Below are positions 6,964 through 17,987 of a stretch of DNA of 37,378 nucleotides, in pieces. Position numbers and translations under genes: made by a program. Source of the DNA: Candidatus Wildermuthbacteria bacterium GWA2_46_15 (GTDB taxonomy: Bacteria > Patescibacteriota > Minisyncoccia > Minisyncoccales > GWA2-46-15); assembly GCA_001823105.1 (NCBI GenBank), contig MHTO01000019.1, forward strand, positions 5,079-42,456, in the 5' to 3' direction. The notes beneath the pieces are model-generated. The model was not told the DNA's origin and made no database searches. It worked only from the letters and a program-made list of their open reading frames with translations. The stretch's first letter is position 1; each line of letters opens with the position of its first letter.

Positions 6964-9900
6964 ATGAACGTAAAATCATTCTCTAAGGCGAAGGTTTCCT
7001 TTCGCCTTCCCTACTTGGGGTCTCTCCAGAGAGACAGCTGGCAATGGCTTTTGGAGAGAGGCATCAAAGATCTGTTTGCCGAGGTTTCGCCCATCCGGGA
7101 TTACACCAAAAAAGAGTTTGAACTCTGGTTTTTGGATTATGAGCTCAGCGCGTCCAAATACAAGGATGATTTGGAGGCCAAAAATGACAACGGTTCATAC
7201 GAAGCTTCCCTGAGGGCCAAGACCCGCCTGATCAATCTCAAGACTAAAGAGATTAAAGAGCAAGAAGTTTTTCTGGCCGATTTTCCCATTATGACCGAGA
7301 GAGGCACTTTTATTGTTAACGGCGTCGAAAGGGTCGCCATCGCCCAGCTGATTCGTTCGCCGGGCGTTTTCTTTACCAGCCAGAGAATCGGCGGACGTCA
7401 TTATTTCGGCGCCAAGGTCATTCCTAACCGGGGCGCCTGGCTGGAAATGGAAACCGACGCCACGGGTTTTGTGGGTATCAAGATTGACCGCAAGAGAAGG
7501 GTGGCTGCCACCACTCTCTTGAGGGCTTTTGGCATTGATAATGATTTGGCCATCAAAGAGCTCTTCTCGGATATCGACAATGATCCCGATCTCAAATACC
7601 TGGACGAAACCTTAAAGAAAGACCCGACGCACAACCAGGCCGAAGCCTTGGTTGAGATCTATGAGAGGCTGAGGCCGGGAGATTTGGTGACGCCGGACAC
7701 GGCGCGGGAATTGATCGAAAACATGTTTTTTAACTTTGAGAGATATGACCTTTCTCGGGTCGGGAGGTGGAGAATGAACCAGCGGTTTTCGCGCGAGCGC
7801 AAAACTGACGCAGAACCAAACGCAAAACAGACGCAGAAGTTTAGCGGCGACGAGGTCACGGTCAAAGAAAGAGTTCTTCGGCCCGAGGATATCGTGGCCG
7901 TCATCCATGAAATCATTCGCTTAAACAACACGCCGGGCGCCCTGCCCGATCCGATTGATCACTTGGGCAACCGCCGCGTCAGAACCTCGGCCGAAGTTCT
8001 GCAAAACCGCATGAGAGTGGGGATGCTGAGGATGGAAAGAATCATCAAGGACCGGATTTCCACTTTAGAAGAAGGCATGCTGGCCCCTTCTCAGCTCATC
8101 AACCCCCGTCCCTTAATGGCCGTCATTAAAGAATTCTTTACTTCCAGCCAGCTCTGCCAATTCATGGATAATGAAAATCCTTTGGCCGAGCTCGAACACA
8201 AAAGACGGCTGGCGGCAACGGGCCCGGGCGGTTTGACCCGGGAAAGAGCCGGTTTGGAAGTGAGAGACGTCCAGCCTTCGCACTATGGCCGTATCTGCCC
8301 GATTCAGACCCCCGAAGGCCAGAATGTCGGTTTGATTTCTCACATGGCCTGCTTTGCCCGGATCAATTCTTTGGGCTTTCTGGAAACCCCCTACTTTAAG
8401 GTGGAAAACGGCAAAATCACCGGCGAAGTTCATTATCTCAATGCTTACGAGGAAGAAAGGTACAACATCGCCCACGCCGGCATTGACATTGATAAAAACG
8501 GACAGATTATTCCCGCCAAGGTAGCCGCCCGCATCAAGGGGGAGCCGGGCGAGATTGAAAAAGAAAAGATTAATTTCATCGACGTTTCTTCGAAACAAGC
8601 CATTTCCGCGGCCACTTCTTTGATTCCCTTTTTGCAGAATGATGACGCCAACCGCGCCCTGATGGGCTCGAACATGCAGCGCCAGGCCGTGCCTCTTTTG
8701 AATCCCGAGGCGCCTTTGGTTTGCACCGGGGTGGAGCCTAAGGTGGCCGAAGACTCGGGCCAGATTCTCCTGGCCCGGGACGACGGCCGGGTAACCGAAG
8801 TCGATGCCCAGCACATCGTCATTCAAAACACCAAGACCCGGGTCCAGACCCGTTACCCGCTCCGCACTTTTGTTCGGACCAACCAATACACTTGTTTTCA
8901 CCAACGGCCGGTTGTCAAAAAGGGGGAGCCCATCAAAAAGGGCCAGGTTTTGACGGATGGGGCGGCCATTGAAGATGGCTGGCTGGCCTTGGGCCGGAAT
9001 ATTCTCGTTTCCTTTTTGCCCTGGCGGGGCTCAAACTTTGAAGACGCCATCATCATTTCGGAAAAACTGGTTAAAGAATACGTTTATTCTTCGATCCATT
9101 TAGAGAACTTTTTTTGCGATGTCCGGGAAACCAAGCTGGGTCCGGAACTGACCACCGGCGACATTCCCAATGTTTCGGAAGAAAAACTGAAGGACCTGGA
9201 TTCCGAAGGCATCATTCGCATCGGCGCCGAAGTCGGTTCTCACGACATTCTGGTCGGGAAAATCTCGCCCAAGGGCGAGACGGACCTGACGCCGGAAGAA
9301 AGGCTCTTGAAAGCCATTTTCGGGGAAAGAGCCCGGGAGGTCAAAGACAGTTCGCTTTTGCTCGAATACGGCAAACGCGGCCGGGTCGTTGGCGTTAAAG
9401 TCTGGGAAAGAGAAAAGGGGGCCAAGCTCGAACCCGGCATCATTAAAAGAGTTCAGGTGGAAGTGGCGGCCCTGCGCAAGATTCAGACCGGTGATAAATT
9501 AGCCGGGCGCCATGGCAACAAAGGCGTCGTTTCTCTGGTTTTGCCCGAAGAAGAAATGCCCTTCCTGGAAGACGGCACGCCCGTGGATATTATTCTTAAT
9601 CCTTTGAGCGTCGCTTCCCGCATGAACCTGGGCCAGATTCTGGAGACGCATTTGGGTTTGGCGGCCAAGAAACTGGGCTACCGGGCCGTTTCCCCGGCCT
9701 TGCTCGGTGCCAACGAAAAAGACATCAAAGAGGAATTGATTAAGGCCGGCTACCCCGCCGACGGCAAATTGCCGGTTTTTGACGGCCGGACCGGCGAACC
9801 CTTTCCGGAAAAGATCACCGTCGGCTATATCTACATGATGCAGCTGATCCACATGGTCGAAGACAAACTTCACATGAGATCGATCGGCCCCTATTCTTTG

Positions 9901-10194
9901 ATCACCCAGCAGCCGTTGGGCGGTAAATCCCAATTCGGCGGCCAGCGATTCGGAGAAATGGAAGTCTGGTCTTTGGAAGGCTACGGCGCCAGCCACATCC
10001 TGCAAGAGATGTTAACCATCAAATCCGATGACGTGCCCGGGAGAGCCGCCAGTTATGAGGCGATTCTCAAAGGCGAGCCCATTCGTCAGCCCAGCGTCCC
10101 GGCTTCTTTTAGTCTTTTGGTGGCCGAATTAAAATCACTGGGATTGGCGGTGGAAGTCAAGGAGAAAATGAGGGAAGAAGAGAAAGAAGAATAA
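6964..10194 (+). CDS. rpoB: DNA-directed RNA polymerase subunit beta
   Basis: GTFIVNGVERV, HYGRICPIQTPEG, GSNMQRQA, GDKLAGRHGNKG, GGQRFGEME motifs. Confidence 0.99.
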   Translation: MNVKSFSKAKVSFRLPYLGSLQRDSWQWLLERGIKDLFAEVSPIRDYTKKEFELWFLDYELSASKYKDDLEAKNDNGSYEASLRAKTRLINLKTKEIKEQEVFLADFPIMTERGTFIVNGVERVAIAQLIRSPGVFFTSQRIGGRHYFGAKVIPNRGAWLEMETDATGFVGIKIDRKRRVAATTLLRAFGIDNDLAIKELFSDIDNDPDLKYLDETLKKDPTHNQAEALVEIYERLRPGDLVTPDTARELIENMFFNFERYDLSRVGRWRMNQRFSRERKTDAEPNAKQTQKFSGDEVTVKERVLRPEDIVAVIHEIIRLNNTPGALPDPIDHLGNRRVRTSAEVLQNRMRVGMLRMERIIKDRISTLEEGMLAPSQLINPRPLMAVIKEFFTSSQLCQFMDNENPLAELEHKRRLAATGPGGLTRERAGLEVRDVQPSHYGRICPIQTPEGQNVGLISHMACFARINSLGFLETPYFKVENGKITGEVHYLNAYEEERYNIAHAGIDIDKNGQIIPAKVAARIKGEPGEIEKEKINFIDVSSKQAISAATSLIPFLQNDDANRALMGSNMQRQAVPLLNPEAPLVCTGVEPKVAEDSGQILLARDDGRVTEVDAQHIVIQNTKTRVQTRYPLRTFVRTNQYTCFHQRPVVKKGEPIKKGQVLTDGAAIEDGWLALGRNILVSFLPWRGSNFEDAIIISEKLVKEYVYSSIHLENFFCDVRETKLGPELTTGDIPNVSEEKLKDLDSEGIIRIGAEVGSHDILVGKISPKGETDLTPEERLLKAIFGERAREVKDSSLLLEYGKRGRVVGVKVWEREKGAKLEPGIIKRVQVEVAALRKIQTGDKLAGRHGNKGVVSLVLPEEEMPFLEDGTPVDIILNPLSVASRMNLGQILETHLGLAAKKLGYRAVSPALLGANEKDIKEELIKAGYPADGKLPVFDGRTGEPFPEKITVGYIYMMQLIHMVEDKLHMRSIGPYSLITQQPLGGKSQFGGQRFGEMEVWSLEGYGASHILQEMLTIKSDDVPGRAASYEAILKGEPIRQPSVPASFSLLVAELKSLGLAVEVKEKMREEEKEE

Positions 10195-10203
10195 CTTAAT
10201 CTT

Positions 10204-13200
10204 ATGCGTGTCGCTGATCTAGAGGCTATCAGGATCAAACTCGCTTCGCCCGAGGAGATTTTGCAATGGTCCCACGGCGAAGTGACCAAACCCGAGACGA
10301 TCAACTACCGGACGCAAAAGCCCGAAAAAGAAGGTTTGTTTGACGAAAAGATTTTCGGTCCGGAAAAAGATTACGAGTGCTATTGCGGCAAATATCGCGG
10401 CATCCGCCACAAGGGCATCGTCTGCGACAAATGCGGCGTGGAAGTGACCAAGGCTCAAGTTCGGCGGGAGAGAATGGGGCACATCAAACTGGCCTCGCCC
10501 GTTTCCCATATCTGGTTCTTAAGAGGCGTGCCGTCCCGCATGGGCCAGGTTTTGGATTTGCCCATGGCCCACCTGGAGAAAGTCATCTATTTTAATGCTT
10601 ATATTGTGACCAAGGTGGAGGAAGCGGCCAAGCAGCAGATCTTAGAACAGATTGAAAAAGAATACCAACAAAAGTTCAAAACGCAAAGCGCAAAACGCAA
10701 AACTATAACTAAAAATTCAAAAATAAAAACAGACGAGGGCAAGACAAAAGGAGAAAAGCAGGAAGAACGCGATTTGAAGACGGCCCGAGACCGGGCCAAA
10801 GACGAACTTTTAAGCATTAAACCCTTAAAAATTCTTTCGGAAGTCGACTATTTTGACTTATCGATTAAATACGGCCAGTCTTTTGAGGCCGGCACCGGGG
10901 CAGAAACTCTGAGAAAGATCTTCAGCGAAATTGATACCAAGAAAAAGATTGCCGGACTCAAGGAAGAACTGGAAAAAGCCTCTCCCTTAAACCGGAGAAA
11001 GATTTTAAGACGGCTCAAGCTTTTTCAAGGCCTGGAAAGGGCCAACATTAAAGCCGAATGGATGTTTCTGACCATCCTGCCCATTCTGCCGCCGGATCTT
11101 AGGCCGATGGTTCAGCTGGACGGCGGCCGCTATGCCTCCTCTGATTTAAACGATCTTTACCGCCGGGTCATCAACCGCAATAATCGCTTAAAGTATTTGC
11201 TGGAGATTGCCGCGCCCGAGGTCATCGTCCGCAATGAAAAGAGAATGCTGCAGGAAGCCGTTGACGCCCTGATCGACAACGGCATGAGAAAGGGCACCAT
11301 GACTCAGGCCACCACCGGCGGCCGCCGCCTTTTGAAGTCTCTGGCCGATATTCTAAAAGGAAAACAAGGCCGGTTTAGGCAGAATCTTTTGGGCAAGAGA
11401 GTGGACTACTCCGGGAGATCCGTCATCGTCGTGGGCCCGGATTTGCCCTTGAATCAGGTGGGCATTCCCAAGAAAATGGCCCTGGAACTTTTTAAACCTT
11501 TTGTCATTAAAAAAATTCTGGACAAGGAACTGGCCTACAACGTGCGGGGCGCTTCCCGTTTGATTGAGCAGGAAACCGATGACGTCTGGGCCATTCTCGA
11601 AGAAGTGGTGACGGACAAATTAGTCCTCTTGAACCGGGCCCCGACCTTGCACCGGCTGGGCATTCAGGCTTTTCAGCCCATCCTGATTGAGGGTGAAGCC
11701 ATCCGGGTTCATCCCTTGGTTTGCAAAGCTTTTAACGCGGATTTTGACGGAGACCAGATGGCTGTTCATTTGCCTTTGTCCAAAGAAGCTCAGGCCGAAG
11801 CCCGGGAGATCATGCTTTCTTCGTTGAATCTCTTGAAGCCGGCCACGGGCTTGCCCATTGTCAGTCCTTCCCAGGATATTGTTTTGGGCTGTTATTGGCT
11901 GACCAAGATAAAGCCTGGCGCCAAGGGTGAGGGCAAGATTTTCGGTTCGGCCGAGGAAGCTCATCTGGCCCATGAGTTTAAGGAAGTCGATATGAAGGCC
12001 GTTATTAAAATCCCAAATCCCAAATCCCAAACCAACGAATTTATCGAGACCAGCGTGGGCCGCTTGACCTTTAACGAGGCTTTGCCCGAAGATTTTCCTT
12101 TCCAGAATAAAGAGATGAATTCCCGGGAGCTGGAAGAGCTCATCCGCGAGGTCATTGAGAGATACGGGATTGAAAAGACCCCGCCCATTCTGGATAAAAT
12201 TAAGAGTACGGGCTTCGAAGGCGCCACCTGGTCCGGCGTGACCTGGGGCATGGATGACCTGATCGTGCCCGAGGAAAAACCCAAACTGATTGCGGCCGCC
12301 GAGCAAGAAATCGCCCAGCTGGAAACCCATTTTCAAAAAGGACTTTTGTCCCGCGATGAAAAATATCAGAGATCAATTGAAGTTTGGCAGCGAACCAAGT
12401 CGGCGGTGGAAAAATTAGTGCCGAAATCTCTGCCGGCGGATGGAAGCGTCTTTACCATCATTGATTCGGGGGCCCGGGGTTCCTGGGCTCAGCCGGCGCA
12501 GATGGCGGGCATGAAGGGCTTGGTCATTAACCCAATCGGCCGGATTATTGAACTGCCGATCAAACATTCTTACAAAGAAGGCTTTGACGTTTTGGAATAC
12601 TTCTTATCAACTCACGGCGCCCGCAAGGGTACGGCCGACACCGCCCTGAGAACCTCCACCGCCGGTTACCTGACGAGAAGGCTCGTCGACGTCAGCCACG
12701 ACATCATCATCCACGAGATTGACTGCGGCGATGCCGCGGGCACGGTCTTTTCACGCCCGGAAGCCCAAGAGATCGGCCAGAACTTCCTTTTTAAAATTGT
12801 GGGCCGTATTTCTCTGGATAGTATTAAATCAAGCAATCCGGAAAGCAAAAATAAAACCCTGGTTAAGGCGGGCGAAGTGATCGACTGGGAAAAGGGCAAA
12901 GAAATCATCAAAAATGGCATTGACGAAGTGCGGGCCCGTTCGCCTTTGAGCTGCCGGCTTTTAAGAGGCGTCTGTCAGAAATGCTACGGCTGGAGCCTGG
13001 GATCGGGCCAGATAGTTAAGACGGGAGAAGCGGTGGGCGTCATTGCCGCTCAGGCCATTGGTGAGCCGGGGACGCAGTTAACGATGAGAACCTTCCATTT
13101 GGGCGGCGTGGCCGGCGGCAGCGATATTACCATGGGCTTGCCGCGGGTGGAAGAAATCTTTGAGGCTCGGGTGCCTCTTGGCCAGGGCGCGATGACCCTG

Positions 13201-13881
13201 GTTGATGGCCAGGTTCTGGAAATTATTGGCGGAAAGACGGTCCGGATAAAGCCATCCGAGCCAGCCAGCTCAGCCCTTGGTTTAGCCGCTGGCTCAGCCA
13301 GGAAGAAAAAGATCTCGAAGCTGGAGAAAGACGAGATTTTGGAATATGAAATCCCCGAAGGCAAAGGCATTTTGGTTAAGGTGGGGGATCGGGTCAAAGC
13401 GGGGCAAGCCCTGTCCGAGGGCAACCTGGATTTAAAGGAGCTTTTCAAGGCCGTGGGCCAAGAACGAACCCAGCATCATATTATTAAAGAGATTCAGCGG
13501 ATTTATGCTTCTCAGGGGGCGACCATTCACGACAAGCACGTTGAGGTGGTCGTCCGGCAAATGTTTTCCCGATTGAAGGTCAAGGATCCGGGTGACAGCA
13601 TTTTGATTCAGGGAGAAACCATCACCAACCAGAAATTATTTGAAGAAAACCAGCGGCTGAAGAAAGAAGGAAAAAAGACCGTGTCGGCCACTTCAATTTT
13701 ATTGGGCATCTCTAAAGTAGCTTTAACGACGGACAGTTTTTTGTCGGCCGCCTCCTTCCAAGAGACTTCCCGGATTCTTATTTCCGCGGCCATCTCGGGC
13801 AAGGAAGACAAGCTCCAGGGCTTAAAAGAGAATGTCATCATCGGCAAGCTGATTCCGGTCGGCACGGGCCTGAAGAAGTGA
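10204..13881 (+). CDS. rpoC: DNA-directed RNA polymerase subunit beta'
   Basis: N-terminal Zn finger, NADFDGD catalytic motif, [21 protein letters not shown]. Confidence 0.99.
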   Translation: MRVADLEAIRIKLASPEEILQWSHGEVTKPETINYRTQKPEKEGLFDEKIFGPEKDYECYCGKYRGIRHKGIVCDKCGVEVTKAQVRRERMGHIKLASPVSHIWFLRGVPSRMGQVLDLPMAHLEKVIYFNAYIVTKVEEAAKQQILEQIEKEYQQKFKTQSAKRKTITKNSKIKTDEGKTKGEKQEERDLKTARDRAKDELLSIKPLKILSEVDYFDLSIKYGQSFEAGTGAETLRKIFSEIDTKKKIAGLKEELEKASPLNRRKILRRLKLFQGLERANIKAEWMFLTILPILPPDLRPMVQLDGGRYASSDLNDLYRRVINRNNRLKYLLEIAAPEVIVRNEKRMLQEAVDALIDNGMRKGTMTQATTGGRRLLKSLADILKGKQGRFRQNLLGKRVDYSGRSVIVVGPDLPLNQVGIPKKMALELFKPFVIKKILDKELAYNVRGASRLIEQETDDVWAILEEVVTDKLVLLNRAPTLHRLGIQAFQPILIEGEAIRVHPLVCKAFNADFDGDQMAVHLPLSKEAQAEAREIMLSSLNLLKPATGLPIVSPSQDIVLGCYWLTKIKPGAKGEGKIFGSAEEAHLAHEFKEVDMKAVIKIPNPKSQTNEFIETSVGRLTFNEALPEDFPFQNKEMNSRELEELIREVIERYGIEKTPPILDKIKSTGFEGATWSGVTWGMDDLIVPEEKPKLIAAAEQEIAQLETHFQKGLLSRDEKYQRSIEVWQRTKSAVEKLVPKSLPADGSVFTIIDSGARGSWAQPAQMAGMKGLVINPIGRIIELPIKHSYKEGFDVLEYFLSTHGARKGTADTALRTSTAGYLTRRLVDVSHDIIIHEIDCGDAAGTVFSRPEAQEIGQNFLFKIVGRISLDSIKSSNPESKNKTLVKAGEVIDWEKGKEIIKNGIDEVRARSPLSCRLLRGVCQKCYGWSLGSGQIVKTGEAVGVIAAQAIGEPGTQLTMRTFHLGGVAGGSDITMGLPRVEEIFEARVPLGQGAMTLVDGQVLEIIGGKTVRIKPSEPASSALGLAAGSARKKKISKLEKDEILEYEIPEGKGILVKVGDRVKAGQALSEGNLDLKELFKAVGQERTQHHIIKEIQRIYASQGATIHDKHVEVVVRQMFSRLKVKDPGDSILIQGETITNQKLFEENQRLKKEGKKTVSATSILLGISKVALTTDSFLSAASFQETSRILISAAISGKEDKLQGLKENVIIGKLIPVGTGLKK

Positions 13882-13917
13882 TTCACTCGGCAGCCAAAAA
13901 ATGCTAGAATTTACTCA

Positions 13918-16149
13918 GTGAGTAAAAACAATAAGAATCACAATTCAAAGAACTCTCTTTCGAAGAAAGACAAGGAACCAAAGCCCTTGTTCCTTCCGGC
14001 TTTAGCCCGGGGCTATCTCTTGGGCCTGGTTTTTCTCTTGGCCGCGGCCATTCTCACCCTTTCCTTTTTCGATCTGGCCGGCGGGGGAGGAGAAAAAATT
14101 CTCAGTTCCCTCACTTTTTTATTTGGCCAAACAGCGGTCCGGTTGCTGCCTTTGTTTTTGATTTTGGCCGGCGTCTTCTTTTTTGTCGCCAGCCCGAATT
14201 CTCAGAAGATCTGGAAAATGATTATTCTGGCGCTTTTTTCCTGTTTAATCGGCCTGAGCGCGGTTTTGACTTCTTTAAACGGTTACGACAAATTCTCTTT
14301 GGGCGACCCGGGGCCCGGTGGTTTTCTGGGACGCCTTTTGAGCTGGCCCATTCTCAAGATATTTGATTTCTGGGTCAGTCTGGCGGTTTTCGGGGGCTTG
14401 ATCATCTTTGGCTTTTTTATCTTTTGGCAGGTGAGCCGGAAGATCCGGCCCAAAGAGGTTGAGGATCTGGCGGAAAAGCCCCAGATACTCCGGAGGATTT
14501 TTGAACCCCAGCTCAAAATTAAAGAAATCTCGGACAACAAATCCCGTTCCCTGACGGGAGCGGCGCCCTTACCCGAACTCAAAACTAAACCCATTCCCCA
14601 AGGGATGAGATCATCAATTTACAAGAAACCGCCCCTGGATTTGCTGGAAGTTGATCGGGGCGAACCCGTCACCGGCGATATCCGCAATAACCTGACCATT
14701 ATTAAAAAAACCTTAGAGACTTTTGGCATTCCCGTGGAAATGGGCGAAGTTAATGTTGGTCCGACCGTCACCCGATATACCTTAAAGCCGGCCGAAGGCA
14801 TCAAGCTTTCCAAAATCACCACTCTGAATAATGATCTTTCCCTGGCCTTGGCGACTCATCCCATTCGCATCGAAGCGCCGATTCCGGGCCAGTCCTTGGT
14901 GGGAATTGAGATTCCCAACAAGGTCCGAACCCAGGTCAGATTGCGCAATCTTTTTGAATCGCCGGAATTCCAAAATTCCAGTTCATCTTTGGTTTTTGCT
15001 TTGGGCCGGGACGTCGCCGGCAACCCTCTTTTTGCCGATCTGACCCGCATGCCGCATTTGCTGGTGGCCGGCTCGACCGGAACGGGCAAAACCATTTGCC
15101 TAAACAGCCTCATTTTAAGCTTGATTTATCGCAATTCACCCGAGGTGATGAGGTTAATCCTGGTTGATCCCAAGCGGGTGGAGTTCCCGGTTTATCAGGA
15201 CATCCCCCATCTTTTGTCCCCCGTTATCTTTGACGGCCAGAAAACCATCAATACCCTAAAATGGCTGGTCAAGGAAATGGAGAGACGTTTCGAAGTTCTG
15301 GCTCAGGCCAAAGCCCGGGACATCGGCGGGTACAATCGCGAGATCAATTCCCGCCGCGCCAAGACCTCGGTCAAAAATGAAGAAGAGGATTTGGACCCCA
15401 TGCCCTATATTGTCGTCGTCATTGACGAGCTGGCCGATTTGATGGCCGCCCGCGGCAAAGAGATTGAAGGCGGCATCGTCAGGCTGGCCCAGATGGCCCG
15501 CGCCGTGGGCATTCATCTGGTCGTGGCCACGCAAAGACCGTCCGTGGAAGTCATTACCGGTTTAATCAAGGCCAACATTACTTCCCGCATCACTTTCCAG
15601 GTGGCTTCACAGGTTGATTCCCGGACCGTCATTGACATGGCCGGAGCGGAAAAGCTCCTGGGCTCCGGCGACCTGCTCTTTATCTCTGCAGAAACGGCTA
15701 AGCCCCGCCGGATCCAGGGCGGCTATGTCACGGACAAAGAAGTCAAAAGAGTCACCGAGTTTTTGAAGACTCAAAAACATGACTTTGCCGTTTTGAAAGA
15801 AAACTTTTTGGCCGAGGAATTGGAAAGAGAGCTGGCCGTCGGGGAACCCGACAGGGGCGAGTTTTATGCCGGCGAGGAAGACCCTCTCTATCCCCAGGCC
15901 AAGCAATTGGCGATTGAATCCAAAAAAGCTTCGGCTTCCCTGATGCAGCGCCGGTTAAGAGTGGGCTATGCTCGGGCGGCCCGGCTCTTGGATATTCTGG
16001 AAGAAAGAGGCGTGGTCGGACCGGCCGACGGCGCCAAACCCCGGGAGGTTTATCTGACCGGTGAAGTCAAAGAAGGAGAAGGGGGTGTTTCCATTAAGAT
16101 TCAGAGGCCGGGGGGAGAAAAACAGGATGACGAGTGGGAGAAAGTCTAA
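13918..16149 (+). CDS. ftsK: DNA translocase FtsK/SpoIIIE
   Basis: N-terminal TM segments, PHLLVAGSTGTGKT Walker A, IDELADLM, gamma domain QRRLRVGYARAARLLD. Confidence 0.97.
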   Translation: MSKNNKNHNSKNSLSKKDKEPKPLFLPALARGYLLGLVFLLAAAILTLSFFDLAGGGGEKILSSLTFLFGQTAVRLLPLFLILAGVFFFVASPNSQKIWKMIILALFSCLIGLSAVLTSLNGYDKFSLGDPGPGGFLGRLLSWPILKIFDFWVSLAVFGGLIIFGFFIFWQVSRKIRPKEVEDLAEKPQILRRIFEPQLKIKEISDNKSRSLTGAAPLPELKTKPIPQGMRSSIYKKPPLDLLEVDRGEPVTGDIRNNLTIIKKTLETFGIPVEMGEVNVGPTVTRYTLKPAEGIKLSKITTLNNDLSLALATHPIRIEAPIPGQSLVGIEIPNKVRTQVRLRNLFESPEFQNSSSSLVFALGRDVAGNPLFADLTRMPHLLVAGSTGTGKTICLNSLILSLIYRNSPEVMRLILVDPKRVEFPVYQDIPHLLSPVIFDGQKTINTLKWLVKEMERRFEVLAQAKARDIGGYNREINSRRAKTSVKNEEEDLDPMPYIVVVIDELADLMAARGKEIEGGIVRLAQMARAVGIHLVVATQRPSVEVITGLIKANITSRITFQVASQVDSRTVIDMAGAEKLLGSGDLLFISAETAKPRRIQGGYVTDKEVKRVTEFLKTQKHDFAVLKENFLAEELERELAVGEPDRGEFYAGEEDPLYPQAKQLAIESKKASASLMQRRLRVGYARAARLLDILEERGVVGPADGAKPREVYLTGEVKEGEGGVSIKIQRPGGEKQDDEWEKV

Positions 16150-16150
16150 T

Positions 16151-16175
16151 TGTGTCAAGGTCAGACCTTGACACA
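16151..16175. repeat. Left flanking palindrome (REP) of RAYT-like gene 1
   Basis: tgtgtcaaggtc-a-gaccttgacaca, perfect 12-bp arms. Confidence 0.9.
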
Positions 16176-16186
16176 GGAACAAAGAG

Positions 16187-16927
16187 ATGGCAAATAGAAA
16201 TATTTATTTTGAAAAACGTGGCATTTATCATATTTTGACAAGAGCGGTTGATAAGAAAAAGTTTTTTGCCGACGAAAAGGATTGTTTACGTTTTGTTTTT
16301 CAAATGTTCGCCGCTAACCTCGGTATGACCGTCTCCAATTTTCTTCGTCAAAACGTTTCTAACATAGGTAGAAATTTATTAGTTGGTCGGGAAGATTCTT
16401 TTGGTCAAACAAAGCCGAGTCGTGTGTCATTGGTGCACATTTTGAGTTTTGTTTTGGTCGTTGACCACTACCATCTCCTTTTGGCTTTAAACGAAGATGA
16501 TGATGGGATACCGAGATATATGCAAAGACTGAATACCGGCTTTGCCATGTATTTTAATCTCAAGAAGAATCGTCGAGGAGCCCTTTTCGAGAGTCGCTAC
16601 AAGGTTGTTTCGATCGAAAACGAAAGGCAATTAAACACGATTATCCGTTACATCAACATTACTAATCCTTTAGATGTTTGCCAACCGGGTTGGCGCGAGA
16701 GGGGGGTTGAAGACAGAGTCGCCGCTTGGAATTTTCTAAATAAATATCAATTTTCGAGTTTTCCGGATATTTTTGGTAAAAGAAATTCTTCGATTTTAGC
16801 ATCCCGTTCGGTGTTGGATGAATATTTAGGAGAGAGTATAATAAAAGACAGAGCAGGACTTAAAGAATTGGCGCAGGACTACCTATGGCAAAAATCCAAC
16901 CAATTGTTCATCAACACCTTAGAATAA
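16187..16927 (+). mobile_element. REP-associated tyrosine transposase-like (HUH/Y1, IS200-like fold) gene 1
   Basis: YHILTR, VLVVDHYHLLL (HUH), YFN..RRGALFESRYK, RYINITNP, YQFSS motifs; AT-richer than neighbours; flanked by palindromes. Confidence 0.88.
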
Positions 16928-16932
16928 CTTTC

Positions 16933-16955
16933 GTGTCAAGGTCTGACCTTGACAT
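16933..16955. repeat. Right flanking palindrome (REP) of RAYT-like gene 1, inverted relative to the left copy
   Basis: gtgtcaaggtc-t-gaccttgacat. Confidence 0.9.
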
Positions 16956-16970
16956 AAGAAAAGGTTAAAA

Positions 16971-17987
16971 ATGATCAAAAAGAAGGCCGAAAAAAAAGAA
17001 GAGAAAACAGAAGTCAGAAAAGACCTACTGGAAGCGGTGGCCGAGATCAGACAGAGATTTGGCGAGGGCGCCATTATGAAATTAAAAGACGTGAGGGCGG
17101 TTGATGTTGACGTCATCCCCACCGGCTCGCCTTCTTTGGATTTGGCTCTGGGCGTGGGCGGCGTTCCCCGCGGCCGGGTCGTGGAAATATTCGGCCCCGA
17201 AAGTTCGGGAAAAACAACCTTGGCGCTGCATATTTGCGCCGAAGCCCAGAAGACGGGCGGGGTGGCCGCTTTTATCGATGTCGAGCACGCTTTGGATCCG
17301 GACTACGCCAGAAAAATCGGGGTGGCGGTGGAAGATATTCTCATTTCTCAGCCCGATTCCGCGGAAGAGGCCTTACAGATCGTGGAAACCTTGGTTCGAT
17401 CGAACCAGGTTGACGTCATTGTCGTCGATTCCGTGGCCGCCTTGGCGCCCAAGAATGCCATTGAATCAGAGATGGGGGAGTTTCAGATCGGTCTTCAGGC
17501 CCGGCTCATGTCTTCGGCTCTGCAAAAGCTTTCGGGTGCCATCTCTAAGAGCAAGGCAACCGTCATTTTTCTTAATCAAATCCGCATGAAGATCGGCATC
17601 ATGTTTGGTAATCCGGAAACTACTTCCGGCGGTCTGGCTCTTAAATTTTATTCTTCGGTTCGGATTGATTTAAGGCGGATTGCCCAGATCAAGCACGGGG
17701 AAAGCATTATTGGTTCCCGGATCCGGGCCAAAATCGTCAAGAACAAAGTGGCCGCTCCCTTCCGCATCGCCGAATTCGACATCTATTACAACGAAGGCAT
17801 TTCTTATCTCACCGATCTTTTGGCTTTGGGGATAAAGCAGGAAGTGATTAAGAAATCCGGCAGCTGGCTGGACTTTGAAGAAACGAGACTGGGCCAGGGA
17901 ATTGAAGCGGCCAAGAAATATCTCAAGGAGAATCCAAAGGTGGCCGAAGAAATAAAAAAAGTGGTTTTTACTCAGGTTCAAGCTTAA
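16971..17987 (+). CDS. recA: Recombinase RecA
   Basis: [41 protein letters not shown]. Confidence 0.99.
   Translation: MIKKKAEKKEEKTEVRKDLLEAVAEIRQRFGEGAIMKLKDVRAVDVDVIPTGSPSLDLALGVGGVPRGRVVEIFGPESSGKTTLALHICAEAQKTGGVAAFIDVEHALDPDYARKIGVAVEDILISQPDSAEEALQIVETLVRSNQVDVIVVDSVAALAPKNAIESEMGEFQIGLQARLMSSALQKLSGAISKSKATVIFLNQIRMKIGIMFGNPETTSGGLALKFYSSVRIDLRRIAQIKHGESIIGSRIRAKIVKNKVAAPFRIAEFDIYYNEGISYLTDLLALGIKQEVIKKSGSWLDFEETRLGQGIEAAKKYLKENPKVAEEIKKVVFTQVQA

Noticed and set aside
8113..12336. Long antisense ORFs within rpoB and rpoC (for example 263 aa and 238 aa)
   Set aside because: Expected antisense shadows of long, codon-biased genes.
13930..13950. ftsK N-terminal acaattcaaa resembling the heptamer arm
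   Set aside because: Only about 10 nt of AT-rich match with no sustained 7-nt period.
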